From the IMG/VR virus record IMGVR_UViG_3300020048_000100: a DNA stretch of 64,000 nucleotides, one strand, 5' to 3'. A program made the translations under genes and the position numbers. Source of the DNA: an uncultured virus (IMG/VR IMGVR_UViG_3300020048_000100) (taxonomy: Duplodnaviria > Heunggongvirae > Uroviricota > Caudoviricetes). The notes below the pieces were generated by a model. It worked only from the letters and a program-made list of their open reading frames with translations. It was not told the DNA's origin and ran no database searches. Numbering within the stretch: position 1 is the first letter of the stretch; each line of letters begins with the position of its first letter. Shown one piece after another: positions 13,355 to 24,109 of this stretch.

Positions 13355-14752
13355 GTGCTAAAAGAAATATAGAATGTGGTAGTTGATACTAATGTATTAT
13401 TGGAAGGAAATTCCAAATTTTGGAAGGTGATTACAGGCAAAGCAAAGTAGACAGAATCATTTTTATCTAATCCATTTTTAATTGATAAAGAAGTAAAAAT
13501 ATGTGTATTGCAAATTGTATTAGAAGAATTAGATGGGTTAAAAAAGAATTTTACAGATAATGTAGGATACTATTAGAGAAAGACAATTCAAAAAATATAT
13601 TTAAGTTTAGAAAATATTAAATTTTTGCAAGATGATAAAGACAATATAGACAATAGATTTACACAAATAAATTAGGATAATATCATATTAAATAGTATTT
13701 TAGAAAAACAAACAAAAACTGAAAATGAATCATTCATTTTATATACTAATGATATATAGTTATTATTAAAATAGAAAATGTATAATGTACAAACAATAAC
13801 TGATATTGAAAAGATTGATATTGATAAAGTAAAAAACAATGTTTCATATTTAAACTTAGATGATGATCTATCAAAAGAAAAGATGGATTATATAAATGAA
13901 TTACTAACAAGCAAAACATGTGATTCTAATTTCTTACATATTAAAAAAGGATATACACTAATAGAAAGTAAATCTTCTAATTTATATATTCCTGTTAAAA
14001 ACACCTGTGATAATAATAAAATCAATATTATTGATATTACTAATTCTTTCCATCATAATAAAAGAACTAAAAAGATTATGCCTAAAAACAATGAACAATA
14101 GATTTTTTTAGATGCACTAATGGATGATAATATTAAAATAATTACTTCATTATCTAAGTCTGGAACTGGAAAAACACTATTATAGTTATATGCTTAGATA
14201 CAATTATTATCATTACCAGAAAATCTAAGAAAATATAATAAAATCATATATGTTGTAAACCCATCTACATCATAGTCAAAGCATAAAGAACTTGGATTTT
14301 TGCCAGGAACACGTCATGAGAAGATACTTCCTTTTATGCAAGGGATTTTAGATAACTTAAATTATTTATTTAATGATGAAATACCAGAAGAATATAATTT
14401 AGAACTTGTAGATAAGACTAATAGTTTTGAGATAAGACCTATAAATCATATTAGAGGAAGTAGTATTGCTAAATCACTTGTTATTCTCGATGAAGTACAA
14501 AATCTTACAGGATTAGAAATCAAAACTGTATTTTCTCGTGTTTAGGATTCTTGTAAGTTTATATTATTGGGCGATGTGAATCAGATAGATGAACATATTT
14601 CATAGGATTTTACAGGTATTGTAAGACTTATTAGTCATATGAACAAGCATACAGAAAAATTACCTTGGTTAAATATTCAATTGAAAGAATCTATCAGGTC
14701 TAAATATCTTGAAGCCCTTAGTGATTATTTTGATGATGTATTTGATGAATAA
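13355..14752 (+). CDS. phoH: PIN-domain PhoH-family ATPase
   Basis: VVDTNVLL, VLEELDGLKK, TND (PIN domain); SGTGKTLL*L, LGFLPG, IRGSS, ILDEVQN, LGDVNQID; ends TAA. Confidence 0.9.
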
Positions 14753-14766
14753 TTAACTTAGTGCCT

Positions 14767-14800
14767 AAAATAACCCCTAAATTGGGGTTATTTTTTTTTT
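14767..14800 (+). terminator. Intrinsic terminator
   Basis: aataacccc-taaatt-ggggttatt followed by a T run. Confidence 0.75.
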
Positions 14801-14817
14801 AAATTTATAAAAAAGGC

Positions 14818-14846
14818 TTGACAAATTACTTTGTTTGTGGTATACT
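14818..14846 (+). promoter_or_regulatory. Repeated sigma70-type early promoter
   Basis: TTGACA-17 nt-TATACT. Confidence 0.85.
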
Positions 14847-14885
14847 ATATATGTGAAAGAAATAATAAGGTGGTGAATAAGCAAC

Positions 14886-15155
14886 ATGGTTGAAAACATA
14901 GATTTATTTGAAAAAATAAATAACATTCTTCAAAAACATGGGTTATCACTTAATAAAGCTAAAAATTGTGCAATTAAAAATCAACATAAAGAAAAATTAT
15001 TTTTAGGTGATGATTTCTATGTTTTATGGAAAAAATCTTTTAATGATGAAAATCGTGGTAGCTCAGAAGAAATATTGTTTAGGAGTAAAACATTAGAACC
15101 AATTGTTAAATGGATGAGTGAATTTATTCCAATGGAGGAATCAAACAATGGATAA
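14886..15155 (+). CDS. Hypothetical protein (TAG-free)
   Basis: Track ORF with RBS aaggtgg; ends TAA. Confidence 0.75.
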   Translation: MVENIDLFEKINNILQKHGLSLNKAKNCAIKNQHKEKLFLGDDFYVLWKKSFNDENRGSSEEILFRSKTLEPIVKWMSEFIPMEESNNG

Positions 15156-16389
15156 TTTAGGAATGTCAATACAAGCTGTAAGAACACCAATATTAGATAC
15201 ATCAAAAAGTAAGTTTACAACAAATGATTTCTTAGATTTTATTAAAAATTCTTTACATGGAATGAAATTTGAACAAGATACAATAGTTTGTATTACAGAA
15301 TCTCTTCTTGCAAGGGCACAAAATAATTATGTAACTATTGATGATATTGCCGAAGATATTAATAAAAAATTTTACAAGCAAATAACGAATAGAAGTATTG
15401 GACTTTTATTTCCTATTTTGAGTAGAAATAGATTTTCAAATATACTAAGAGGTGTTTGTAAAAGCGGAATTAAAAAATTGTATATTCAATTTGATTTTCC
15501 GAAAGACGAAGTAGGAAACTCCATTATAGATGAATATGATGATTACGATGAGGAATGCAAAAATAAAGTATATTCATATGGCGAATTTATTGAAAAATTT
15601 GGGAAGCACACACATAAATTTACTGGTGTTAACTACGTTGATTATTATAAATCTATTATAGAAGAATATAATATTCAATATGAATTTATCTTTTCAAAAA
15701 ACCCAATGACAATATTTGAATATTCATATAATGTTTTAATTTGTAACTTTAGAAATTATGAAAAATTATATAATAAATTAAAGAAAACAATATATAGTGT
15801 ACTAACATTAAAAGATATTTGTGATACAAAAAATGATAAAACAGGCTATAATGAAAAATATGGATTACTTGGGTCTAATAAAGTAGGAGAAGATAAATTA
15901 AAACTATTCCCGAGAGAAGTAGATAAAGAAGGAAATAGATATGTAGAGCTAATAAAAAATATGATTGACTCTAATCTAAACACAAATACTAAAGAACACT
16001 ATAAAATAGATGTTATGATTTATGGTGATGGATCATATAAAGACCCAGATACAGAAATTTGGGAACTATCTGATCCTGTTGTTTGTGTTGATTATACAGA
16101 TGGATTAGAAGGTACTCCAAATGAGTTAAAAATTAAATATATTGCTGATGAAATTACTGCAGAAGATAAAGAAGAAAAAATAAAAAACATGATAAAAGAA
16201 AAAGATAATCTTAAAGGAAAAATGGAATCACAAGGAACAACACCAAGAAGATATGTAAATTTGATAGGAAGTTTATGTGATTTAGTTTCTGGTAGTGGAG
16301 ATAAAGGTACACCAATTATTTTGATTCATAATTATTTCAAGAATTATTCAGATGTTATAGATAAAAAAAGTAAATATTTTATGTTATAA
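15148..16389 (+). CDS. F420-0:gamma-glutamyl ligase-like (CofE-family) protein (TAG-free)
   Basis: ITESLLARAQ, LSRNRF, GLLGSNK, YGDG.YKDP...WEL.DPVV, GTPNE, QGTTPRR, CDLVSGSGDKGTP; RBS ggagg before ATG 15148. Confidence 0.85.
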   Translation: MDNLGMSIQAVRTPILDTSKSKFTTNDFLDFIKNSLHGMKFEQDTIVCITESLLARAQNNYVTIDDIAEDINKKFYKQITNRSIGLLFPILSRNRFSNILRGVCKSGIKKLYIQFDFPKDEVGNSIIDEYDDYDEECKNKVYSYGEFIEKFGKHTHKFTGVNYVDYYKSIIEEYNIQYEFIFSKNPMTIFEYSYNVLICNFRNYEKLYNKLKKTIYSVLTLKDICDTKNDKTGYNEKYGLLGSNKVGEDKLKLFPREVDKEGNRYVELIKNMIDSNLNTNTKEHYKIDVMIYGDGSYKDPDTEIWELSDPVVCVDYTDGLEGTPNELKIKYIADEITAEDKEEKIKNMIKEKDNLKGKMESQGTTPRRYVNLIGSLCDLVSGSGDKGTPIILIHNYFKNYSDVIDKKSKYFML

Positions 16390-16398
16390 AAATAACAC

Positions 16399-16426
16399 AA
16401 ATAGCCCTTAATTGGGCTATTTTTTT
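16399..16426 (+). terminator. Intrinsic terminator
   Basis: aaatagccc-ttaatt-gggctattt followed by a T run. Confidence 0.75.
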
Positions 16427-16444
16427 AACTTATAAAATAACTAC

Positions 16445-16473
16445 TTGACAAATCACTTTTTTTATGGTATACT
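16445..16473 (+). promoter_or_regulatory. Repeated sigma70-type early promoter
   Basis: TTGACA-17 nt-TATACT. Confidence 0.85.
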
Positions 16474-16512
16474 ATGTCTGTGAAAAAAAATAAAAGGGGT
16501 GGGCAAAAAATA

Positions 16513-16800
16513 ATGTGGATAAAAACTGTTGATGAAAATTATGAATACAATAGCATGTATCTGAATATGGATAGTGGAATGTTTTTTGTTTTAGCATTGG
16601 ACAATTCAGTTTTATATTTGTCTTTTGGTTGTAAAGGCGAAAAAACAGAAGCACGAACAATTTATAAAAGCACAAATTCAGAAGAAATATGCAATATTTA
16701 CAAGGCACTTATAAAAAATGTAGATGAGTTACTCAATGATGGAGTGTCTTTTATGGATTTTCAAGGGATGATAGAGTATATCCAAAGTCATAAAGCCTAA
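16513..16800 (+). CDS. Hypothetical protein (TAG-free)
   Basis: Start taken at the ATG after RBS ggggtggg, because the track start lies within the promoter; ends TAA. Confidence 0.7.
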   Translation: MWIKTVDENYEYNSMYLNMDSGMFFVLALDNSVLYLSFGCKGEKTEARTIYKSTNSEEICNIYKALIKNVDELLNDGVSFMDFQGMIEYIQSHKA

Positions 16801-16821
16801 GCGAGATTGGAGGGGATTTTA

Positions 16822-17082
16822 ATGTATAAATGTCCAAATTGTGGAGGAAAGATCGTTGCATACTATTCAATTCCAGAGGTAGCATATATATATGACATTA
16901 CATCAAAACCAGATATAAATGGTTTTTTAGATAGGGAATATCTTGAAGATGAATATATCTTTAAAAGCCTAAAAGAGGTATTTTATGTTTGCATATGCTA
17001 TGACTGTGGCGAAGAGTTTCCAGCAAATTCGTTAGAAGAATTTGGAAAGAAATATGCACACTTATGGGTGGATGTAGATTAA
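16822..17082 (+). CDS. Zinc-ribbon protein (TAG-free)
   Basis: CPNCGG...CYDCG; RBS ggagggg; ends TAA. Confidence 0.75.
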   Translation: MYKCPNCGGKIVAYYSIPEVAYIYDITSKPDINGFLDREYLEDEYIFKSLKEVFYVCICYDCGEEFPANSLEEFGKKYAHLWVDVD

Positions 17083-17111
17083 ATCTTAAAAATAATGAAG
17101 GGGTGATTTAA

Positions 17112-18215
17112 ATGAGAAAAATATGTTATGTGCAAAAAGTAGAGCAATTAATACCTATTGATGGAGCAGATCAAATTGAAATTGCAAAAATAAAAGGTTG
17201 GAATGTAGTAGTTCAAAAAAACAGTTTTAATATTGATGATATGTGTGTATATTTTGAGATTGATTCTTTTATTCCAAAAGAAATCGAATATTTTTCTTTT
17301 TTAAGTAAATACAATCCTATTAAAAAAGATTTATTTGGTGAAGAAGGATATGTCATAAAAACTATTAAACTAAAAGGAGTTATTAGTCAAGGATTGATTA
17401 TTCCTCTTAAAGGGCTTATTGATAATAAACTTTTAGAAGATAGGGAATATAAAATAGAAGAAGATGTATCAAGCCAATTAAAAGTAAAAATATATGAAAG
17501 ACCAGAAGAAAGGGGTTCAAATAATTTTGAAAGCACAAATCAACCATTTCCTACTTTTATCCCAAAAACAGATGTAGAAAGATTACAAAATATTCTTGAA
17601 TATTTTGAGGAATTAACAGAAATGAGTTTTGAAATTACAGAAAAAATAGATGGAACAAGTTGTACTATTTATTATTATAATGATGGTAATACTATTAGTA
17701 AAGGTGTTTGCTCAAGAAATTTAAATGTAACAGATTCAGATAATATCTATACATTTGTTAATACAAAATACAGAATATTGGATAAATTAGAAAAATTAAA
17801 TAGAAATTTAGCTATTCAAGGTGAAATTGTTGGACATGGAATACAAAAGAATCCATATCAATTAAATGAATTACAATTTTATATATTTGATGTTTATGAC
17901 ATTGATAAAAAAAGATATTTATTTCCAAAAGAAAGAAGGGATTTAATAAATACGTATTTTGATACATATTCTATAGGTATACCTGTAAAACATGTTCCTT
18001 GTGTTTCTCTGTACTCTTATGTATTTAAAGATGTATTTAAAACAATGGATGATGCACTAAAATTTGTTAATACAGAATTGAAACATTCTAAAATATCTCA
18101 TTTGTGTAAAACAATTGAAGGTATGGTTTTTAAAAGTAATACTTTAAGCAAATATGGAGATAGAATTACTTTTAAAATTATAAACAATAATTACTTATTA
18201 AATGAGAAGGATTAA
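17112..18215 (+). CDS. RNA ligase, Rnl2/DRB0094 family (TAG-free)
   Basis: N-terminal PIDGADQIE...GWNVVV...YFEIDS...GVISQGL; TEKIDGTS, QGEIVG, FYIFDV, EGMVFK, FKIIN. Confidence 0.9.
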   Translation: MRKICYVQKVEQLIPIDGADQIEIAKIKGWNVVVQKNSFNIDDMCVYFEIDSFIPKEIEYFSFLSKYNPIKKDLFGEEGYVIKTIKLKGVISQGLIIPLKGLIDNKLLEDREYKIEEDVSSQLKVKIYERPEERGSNNFESTNQPFPTFIPKTDVERLQNILEYFEELTEMSFEITEKIDGTSCTIYYYNDGNTISKGVCSRNLNVTDSDNIYTFVNTKYRILDKLEKLNRNLAIQGEIVGHGIQKNPYQLNELQFYIFDVYDIDKKRYLFPKERRDLINTYFDTYSIGIPVKHVPCVSLYSYVFKDVFKTMDDALKFVNTELKHSKISHLCKTIEGMVFKSNTLSKYGDRITFKIINNNYLLNEKD

Positions 18216-18236
18216 AAAAATAAAATAAATACCTAC

Positions 18237-18265
18237 TTGACAAATCACTTTTTTTATGGTATACT
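18237..18265 (+). promoter_or_regulatory. Repeated sigma70-type early promoter
   Basis: TTGACA-17 nt-TATACT. Confidence 0.85.
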
Positions 18266-18309
18266 ATGTATGTGAAAGAAAGAAAAAAACAAAAAAAGGA
18301 GTGATTTGA

Positions 18310-19416
18310 ATGAAAACAAACATCAAAAAAACATTTAAGGGTAAAGAGGTAAAAGACTTTTTATCAACTTTCAATGTTGTAGAAACTAAACAAGAAAATG
18401 GTATGTATACTCTTAAATCTCCAATTGAACAAGTTACATTATCCCCTATTACTGGATTTACCACTGCTGATGGAAGTGTTATTAAATCAAAGCAAGATAA
18501 ACATGTTCTACATACAAATTTTTTAAATGAAGATGAAAGAACTTGTATTATTACGAGCAAATATGAACCAGTTCTCTTATCCAGTCTTATTAAAGAACTT
18601 CAAGATGTTGTTGAAGAGAACAATATGCTTGATCTAATACATACATTAACAATAAAATCAAATGGTCAGATACTGTTTGATTTAGAAAATGAAGAATCAA
18701 AAATGACTCAGAAAAGTGTTAAAGATTTTGTAGTATATAAAAATGTAGAAGAAATTTATAAAGAATTAGTAGTAGATGGGTCAGATAAACTTATTCATGA
18801 AGTAGATTTTGGAAAGTACAGACCATCTTTTATGCTTACAAATTCAGTAGACGCAACAAAGCCAGTTACATTAAAAATGGGTATATTTAGAATTGTATGC
18901 TCAAATGGATTGATTGCATATCCAGAAGGATATAGAGATATTCAGGACTCACTTACAAGAGTAAAACATATGAAAGCTAAAAAAATAATGGAATCGATTA
19001 GAGAAAAATTAGGACTTATTCCTGCTCTTTATAGTAATTTTGACAATTCAATAATCAATGGAGAAATTGAATTTAATGAAATAATTAAGAAAGACTTGCA
19101 TTTCTGGTTGAATGGATATTATAGTGATATTGTTGATCCTATTCAGAATAAAAAAGATTACCTCTCTGAAAGAACAAAAGAAACTGCAAAGAAAGGAAAA
19201 GAATTGGTTAGTGTTGTAATTGATTCATCAAGAAATATTATGGATTTTGAAAACTTGACTTCATATCTATCTAAACCAGAAATAACTTCTAAATGGGCTT
19301 CTGGAAAAAAAGAAAATAGAGATGTAGATATTAAAGGATTGACTGATGTAGTAACAAAGTTTATTCCAGAATTTAGAGCAATTACGTTCAAAAAGTTAAA
19401 TGCAATGACAAAATAA
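18310..19416 (+). CDS. DUF932/DUF945-like protein (TAG-free)
   Basis: LTNSVDATKPVTLKMGIFRIVCSNGLI...KH; ends TAA. Confidence 0.7.
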   Translation: MKTNIKKTFKGKEVKDFLSTFNVVETKQENGMYTLKSPIEQVTLSPITGFTTADGSVIKSKQDKHVLHTNFLNEDERTCIITSKYEPVLLSSLIKELQDVVEENNMLDLIHTLTIKSNGQILFDLENEESKMTQKSVKDFVVYKNVEEIYKELVVDGSDKLIHEVDFGKYRPSFMLTNSVDATKPVTLKMGIFRIVCSNGLIAYPEGYRDIQDSLTRVKHMKAKKIMESIREKLGLIPALYSNFDNSIINGEIEFNEIIKKDLHFWLNGYYSDIVDPIQNKKDYLSERTKETAKKGKELVSVVIDSSRNIMDFENLTSYLSKPEITSKWASGKKENRDVDIKGLTDVVTKFIPEFRAITFKKLNAMTK

Positions 19417-19456
19417 TAATCCTGTTTAGACTAATCACAATTATTCAAAAAAAAAT

Positions 19457-19517
19457 ACCCCATCAAATAAATAGATGGGGTTTTTTCTTAAAAAAATAAG
19501 GGGGATAAATTACCCCC
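19457..19517. terminator. Tandem hairpins at a convergent gene junction
   Basis: accccatc..gatggggt followed by a T run, and gggggataaattaccccc. Confidence 0.65.
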
Positions 19518-19538
19518 TTGCTATGATTAAATTTAGTA

Positions 19539-20150
19539 TTATTTTACGTATTTATCTATATCTAACTAAATATAACTTGTGCCATCAAACAAAATAGAAA
19601 TAACGTCCAAATAAGTCTATGTAGTTGACAAAGTGAGTGTTCCACTTCCTCCTGCCTATTTTAACGATGTTCCCCAAGTAACCAAATTAGTTCCAGTTGC
19701 ATCCTGTAAAAGATAAAGGTATAAAGGCTGATACGCTGTCTATGTATTTTCAAAAAGCAATACTGTCGTTGTCTAAGAAGTCAAATTTACTTTTTGAACA
19801 TTTGAAACATCCCAATTAATAGTTACAGTCTATTCACCAGTTGTTGGGGTGTTTACAAATGGCTACCCATATACAGGTACAACCTACATCGTTAGGGTAA
19901 AAAAGTTTAAATTCTTTTCTACATAATATTCCAAAACATTCTTTTCCTAAGTTGTAAGCCAAGTTGGTGTTCCCATAAGTGTTGTAAAAGTATAATCAGT
20001 ACCAGCAACCAATGGGAGAGTTCTTGAGCCACTCAGTTGTACATTTAGGTTTGTAACTGGTTTAAAGCTTACCAAATTTTCAATCTAACCAAACATACTA
20101 ACCATCTAAATCAAAATCAACTATGACTACAAAATAAATTTTTTATTCAA
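19539..20150 (-). CDS. Signal-peptide-bearing protein with a phage fibre-type C-terminal domain
   Basis: TTG start, MNKKFIL*S*LILI*MVSMFG*; C-terminal LLQDATG...TWG...GG...LST...DVISILFDGTSY; ends TAA. Confidence 0.7.
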
Positions 20151-20228
20151 GTTAATCAACCCCCTATTTTTTGAAAACATAACAATTAATTTAATCAAAT
20201 TTTTTTATAAAAATTATTTTATTATACA

Positions 20229-20648
20229 TTAATATACATTAACATTTGGTATATATTGTATTTTATGATCACCATTATGATATTTATGAATTACACATTT
20301 TATATAATATGAAATTGAATCATAAATTATATTTTGACCATATGTTGATGGAGTTAATCTAAGTCCTATTTGCTAATAATTTGGTTTTCGATTTATTTTT
20401 TTTGTTAACATTGCATTTGCTTTTGTATTTATTTCAGTGTTTGAACTCCATTCTTCTGTTGTACCAAAAGGTTTAACATTTCTTGAATATTCCCATTTTT
20501 GAACACTTGAAACATCATATGCTACTTTGGTTTTATTTTGATTTTCTTTAATTTTAGTAATATTGTTTGTTATAGTTCCACTCCACATTCCACTTATTCC
20601 AGGTTGTATATCATGCGGGTTATCTCCAATATATTCTTTTATTCCCAT
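20229..20648 (-). CDS. Hypothetical protein
   Basis: Track ORF extended through TAG to TAA. Confidence 0.7.
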
Positions 20649-20765
20649 AATATTACCCCTTTAATCCAATAATTACACACATTAAATTAGTATTAAAAAT
20701 ATTTGGGTATTGCTCATTCATTATAACAATACCCAAATAATTAAACTTTAAATTAACAAAAAGAA

Positions 20766-20957
20766 TTAATACTATTCTACATTGGAAACATAAGATAATT
20801 TATTATCTACTAATATTTTTTTAATTACATATGTAATCTGTTTTTGTCCTACTGCAACATAATATCCTGATTTTATTGTTCTCTACGGAGTTAATCTTAT
20901 TCCGTCACTATTTTTAGAATCAAATGGTTGACCCTGTTTCTGTTTATTACCCAACAT
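20766..20957 (-). CDS. Small hypothetical protein, paralogous to the C-terminal part of the 20229..20648 protein
   Basis: GIRLTP...KLSYVSNVE versus GLRLTP...KIQYIPNVN; ends TAA. Confidence 0.6.
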
Positions 20958-20971
20958 ATGCAATCATCTCA

Positions 20972-21760
20972 TTAGTTAGCTTGCTAAAGTGAATCTGCAG
21001 TTTTTGTAGGACTGTTCATATATCTTGCCCAGTCTTTATCTTCAAAATATCTATCACAATGGAACGTGACAGAGCAATCTTGTAAACTACCCTGATCATT
21101 ATAATCATTTCCAGGCTCAGATATTGTTGTTGGCCATACACCATCAAAAATAACCTAACGAGTAATAATATTTGGTAAATCATTAGTGTTAAATCCAGTT
21201 TGTGTATCTGTTTTAATTTTTTCAAGTAATTTTTCAATATCAAGCATTTCTGTGTTATTATCAAAAAATACGTTTGGGTCTACTTCTAACTTTATAATTA
21301 ACCCTTTGTATTTATTCTAATACCCAATATTGTTTGTTACTGGGTCATTTGCAAGTTTTTGCCAGTTTTTAAACAATCGTGTAATAGGAGATGTTACATA
21401 TTCACGGAAAGGAATTGTAATAGAATCAGTATATATTCTTTTTCCAGACCAATGTATTTTACTATTAAAAAAATGACTATCGGTATTTACTGATATTTGC
21501 CAACTAACATCTGGAAAAGACTTAGTTGAAATAGTTAGTAAATCCGATAAATTATCTGTTTTTGTCAAAATAGATTCCTATGGATTCTAAGTTCTGGAAA
21601 GAGATTTTCCTATTGAACCTTCACCTTTTATCCCCTATGTAGATACACCATTCATACCTGGTGGTAACTAATATAACGCAATAAAACTAAATTTTTGTTT
21701 AGGTTGTGCAAATTGTGAAATTGAATAATCTGGAAATCTAATTGGACCCCAATTAGCCAT
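20972..21760 (-). CDS. Tail tube protein (T4 gp19-like)
   Basis: KSFPDV, IHWSGKRIYTDSITIPFRE, FKNWQ, FDGVWPTTIS, SVTFHCD; directly downstream of sheath genes; ends TAA. Confidence 0.8.
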
Positions 21761-21819
21761 ATTTAATACCTCCTAATAAATTTAATAAATTATGTTTTTA
21801 ATTTTTTATTATAATATTA

Positions 21820-24081
21820 TTATTGAACAGATTCCCCATTATATTCTTCTCCAACACCCTATTGATAACTTCTAACATAGAAGAATAACTCTACAAATTC
21901 TAAATACTTCATAGGTTTAAAATATACTGTAAGTAACACCATATTATTATCCAATAATTGCAAACTTGTATCTAAATGAATTTTGTATTCGTAAATCTAT
22001 TGCTTTGTTACATATTCATTCATAATATCTGACTATTTAGATTGAATACCAATAAAAGTCTACTCGACAAGAGGTTCAAATAAAAACTATCTCATCTATT
22101 TTGAAACACTAAGCTCAATAGATATAGCAGTTCTTCTCTACGTTAATCTCTATAATGTAGATAATTTATCATAATGTGTCTTTTCTTCAAATATAATAGT
22201 ACTTGGGGTATAATAAGGAAAATAACGAAGACTATTTATATTTCTATCAGATAAGTAATCTTGCTGTGAATCTATTAATCTATTTTCTATAATATCCTAA
22301 TTAATAATTCCACCATGGTTAATACCCTAAATAGGAACCCAAGGGTCTTTTACATACTACTTTTTAAGAACTTCATAAGACTAAGGAATTCTTATCCTTT
22401 CACTTAAATCTGTATGATATATCCAAGGAAAATAAACCTATGTATAACTTCCTTTAATATCAGAATATAAGTGATCTACTGACAACTACTATTCACTAAC
22501 TGTATTAACATCCTAACAATCAGTAAACTAAACAATTGTTTTTCCTTTCTGAATAATTTTATCATTTAAAATATTAACAAAATCATCTAATCTCATCTTT
22601 ATACCACCTCAATCATTAAAATAACTGTGTTTATTTAACCCCATTGTAGCAATATAAGAAATATTATAGGATTCTGGATTGTCAATTTCAAATTCACTAA
22701 TTAGATCATCTATAATTTTACTAAAATCTGGATTCATTGATTTAGGCTAATTATAGAATGAATTACATTCAAGTGGATTAAATATAACAGTCTGCTACAC
22801 CTAATCGTAGTATTTATAATTATTATAGAAATTATATCTACTTTGAATATCATCTTGCCCCTAACAAATTGGGCATTGCGAATATATTTCTTGCACCTAA
22901 TTTGCTTCTTCCCCAAGCCTAAAAATCTAAGTATTTGCTTCATTCTACTAAGTAACATATGACATAACTGGAACATCTAATTCTTCTGTAACTGGGTCTG
23001 TTTCTCCATCTGGAATATAAGTAACTTTAAGGACAGTAGTAGTAATATCCAATCCATCTTCGGAGAAAATTAAATGAATTTTATTATCCTATAATGTTAC
23101 ATAATAATCTTTTTCAATAGTAAAAGTTGTTGCATCATCTGTTGTTTTTATAACAATGGGATCAGAACTCATTGTTTGTGTAGGAGAAATTGTCATTGTT
23201 GATGGATTTTGATAAATATAAATAAGTTCAATATATTTAGAATCTGTATTGATTGAATTAACTAACTATTCTAATGAATCCTATACAAAAGATTCATAAG
23301 ATTTAAATGAACCATTCATTTGTCTTGACTATGAAATTTGCTCTTCAACAATACCAATTTCCTAATTCCATGTTGCATATATATTATCAAAATACAATTT
23401 AATACCAAAATCTTGACCAAATAGTCCAGGTTGCTTTGCATTAATAGAAAACTATTCGTACTAATTTGGTGTTGTATAATTTTGTGTTGTTTCTGTATTT
23501 GTATCTAATCTTGTATATGTAATTTTTAGATTAGCACCAGTAACAAAATTACTAAATTTTAAAAGTGTAATTCCATTTAATGCTAAATTATAATCTGTAT
23601 TTAGTATATAAGTTACAGTCTACTAATCATTTTGAACTGTAATTGGTTTTGTCATATCAACATTATGTTTAAAAAATATAGTAGGATAAAATTCATACTA
23701 ACTCACTTGTTTGTAATATTCAATTGAGTTATAACCTTGTTCTGGGTGCTATTCATCTTTAAGATGTGGATAAGCAACACGAACAACATACATAGGAATT
23801 GAACCCTATAACATGTACTATAAATACTAAGACAAGTAATCATACCCTTTCTAAGATTCAAGTACATCAGGTATAGAACCAAAAGTTTCTGTAAACTGTC
23901 TTTTTGAAGTAATTTCAACTGGGGTATTCTGTGGACCCCACTCTGTATCAATAAAAATTAATGTTTTTCCAATGTCATTTGTTTTAATATATGGTTCAAC
24001 AATAGAATCATCAATTTCTATCCATTTTACGGCTGGCATACCAAATTTAAAAATTGGTGTGGATATATGCTTATACTACAT
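21820..24081 (-). CDS. Tail sheath protein (paralogue 2)
   Basis: PAVKWIEID, EWGPQN, FTETFG, AKQPG.FG, YFPW, PWVPI*GINHG, YFKPMKYLEFVE; ends TAA. Confidence 0.85.
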
Positions 24082-24109
24082 TAATTGTTCACCACCTTAT
24101 TTTATATTA

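Noticed and set aside
8271..18280. CRISPR array or IS ends
   Set aside because: The repeats are kilobases apart and are promoters; no spacers, cas genes or transposase
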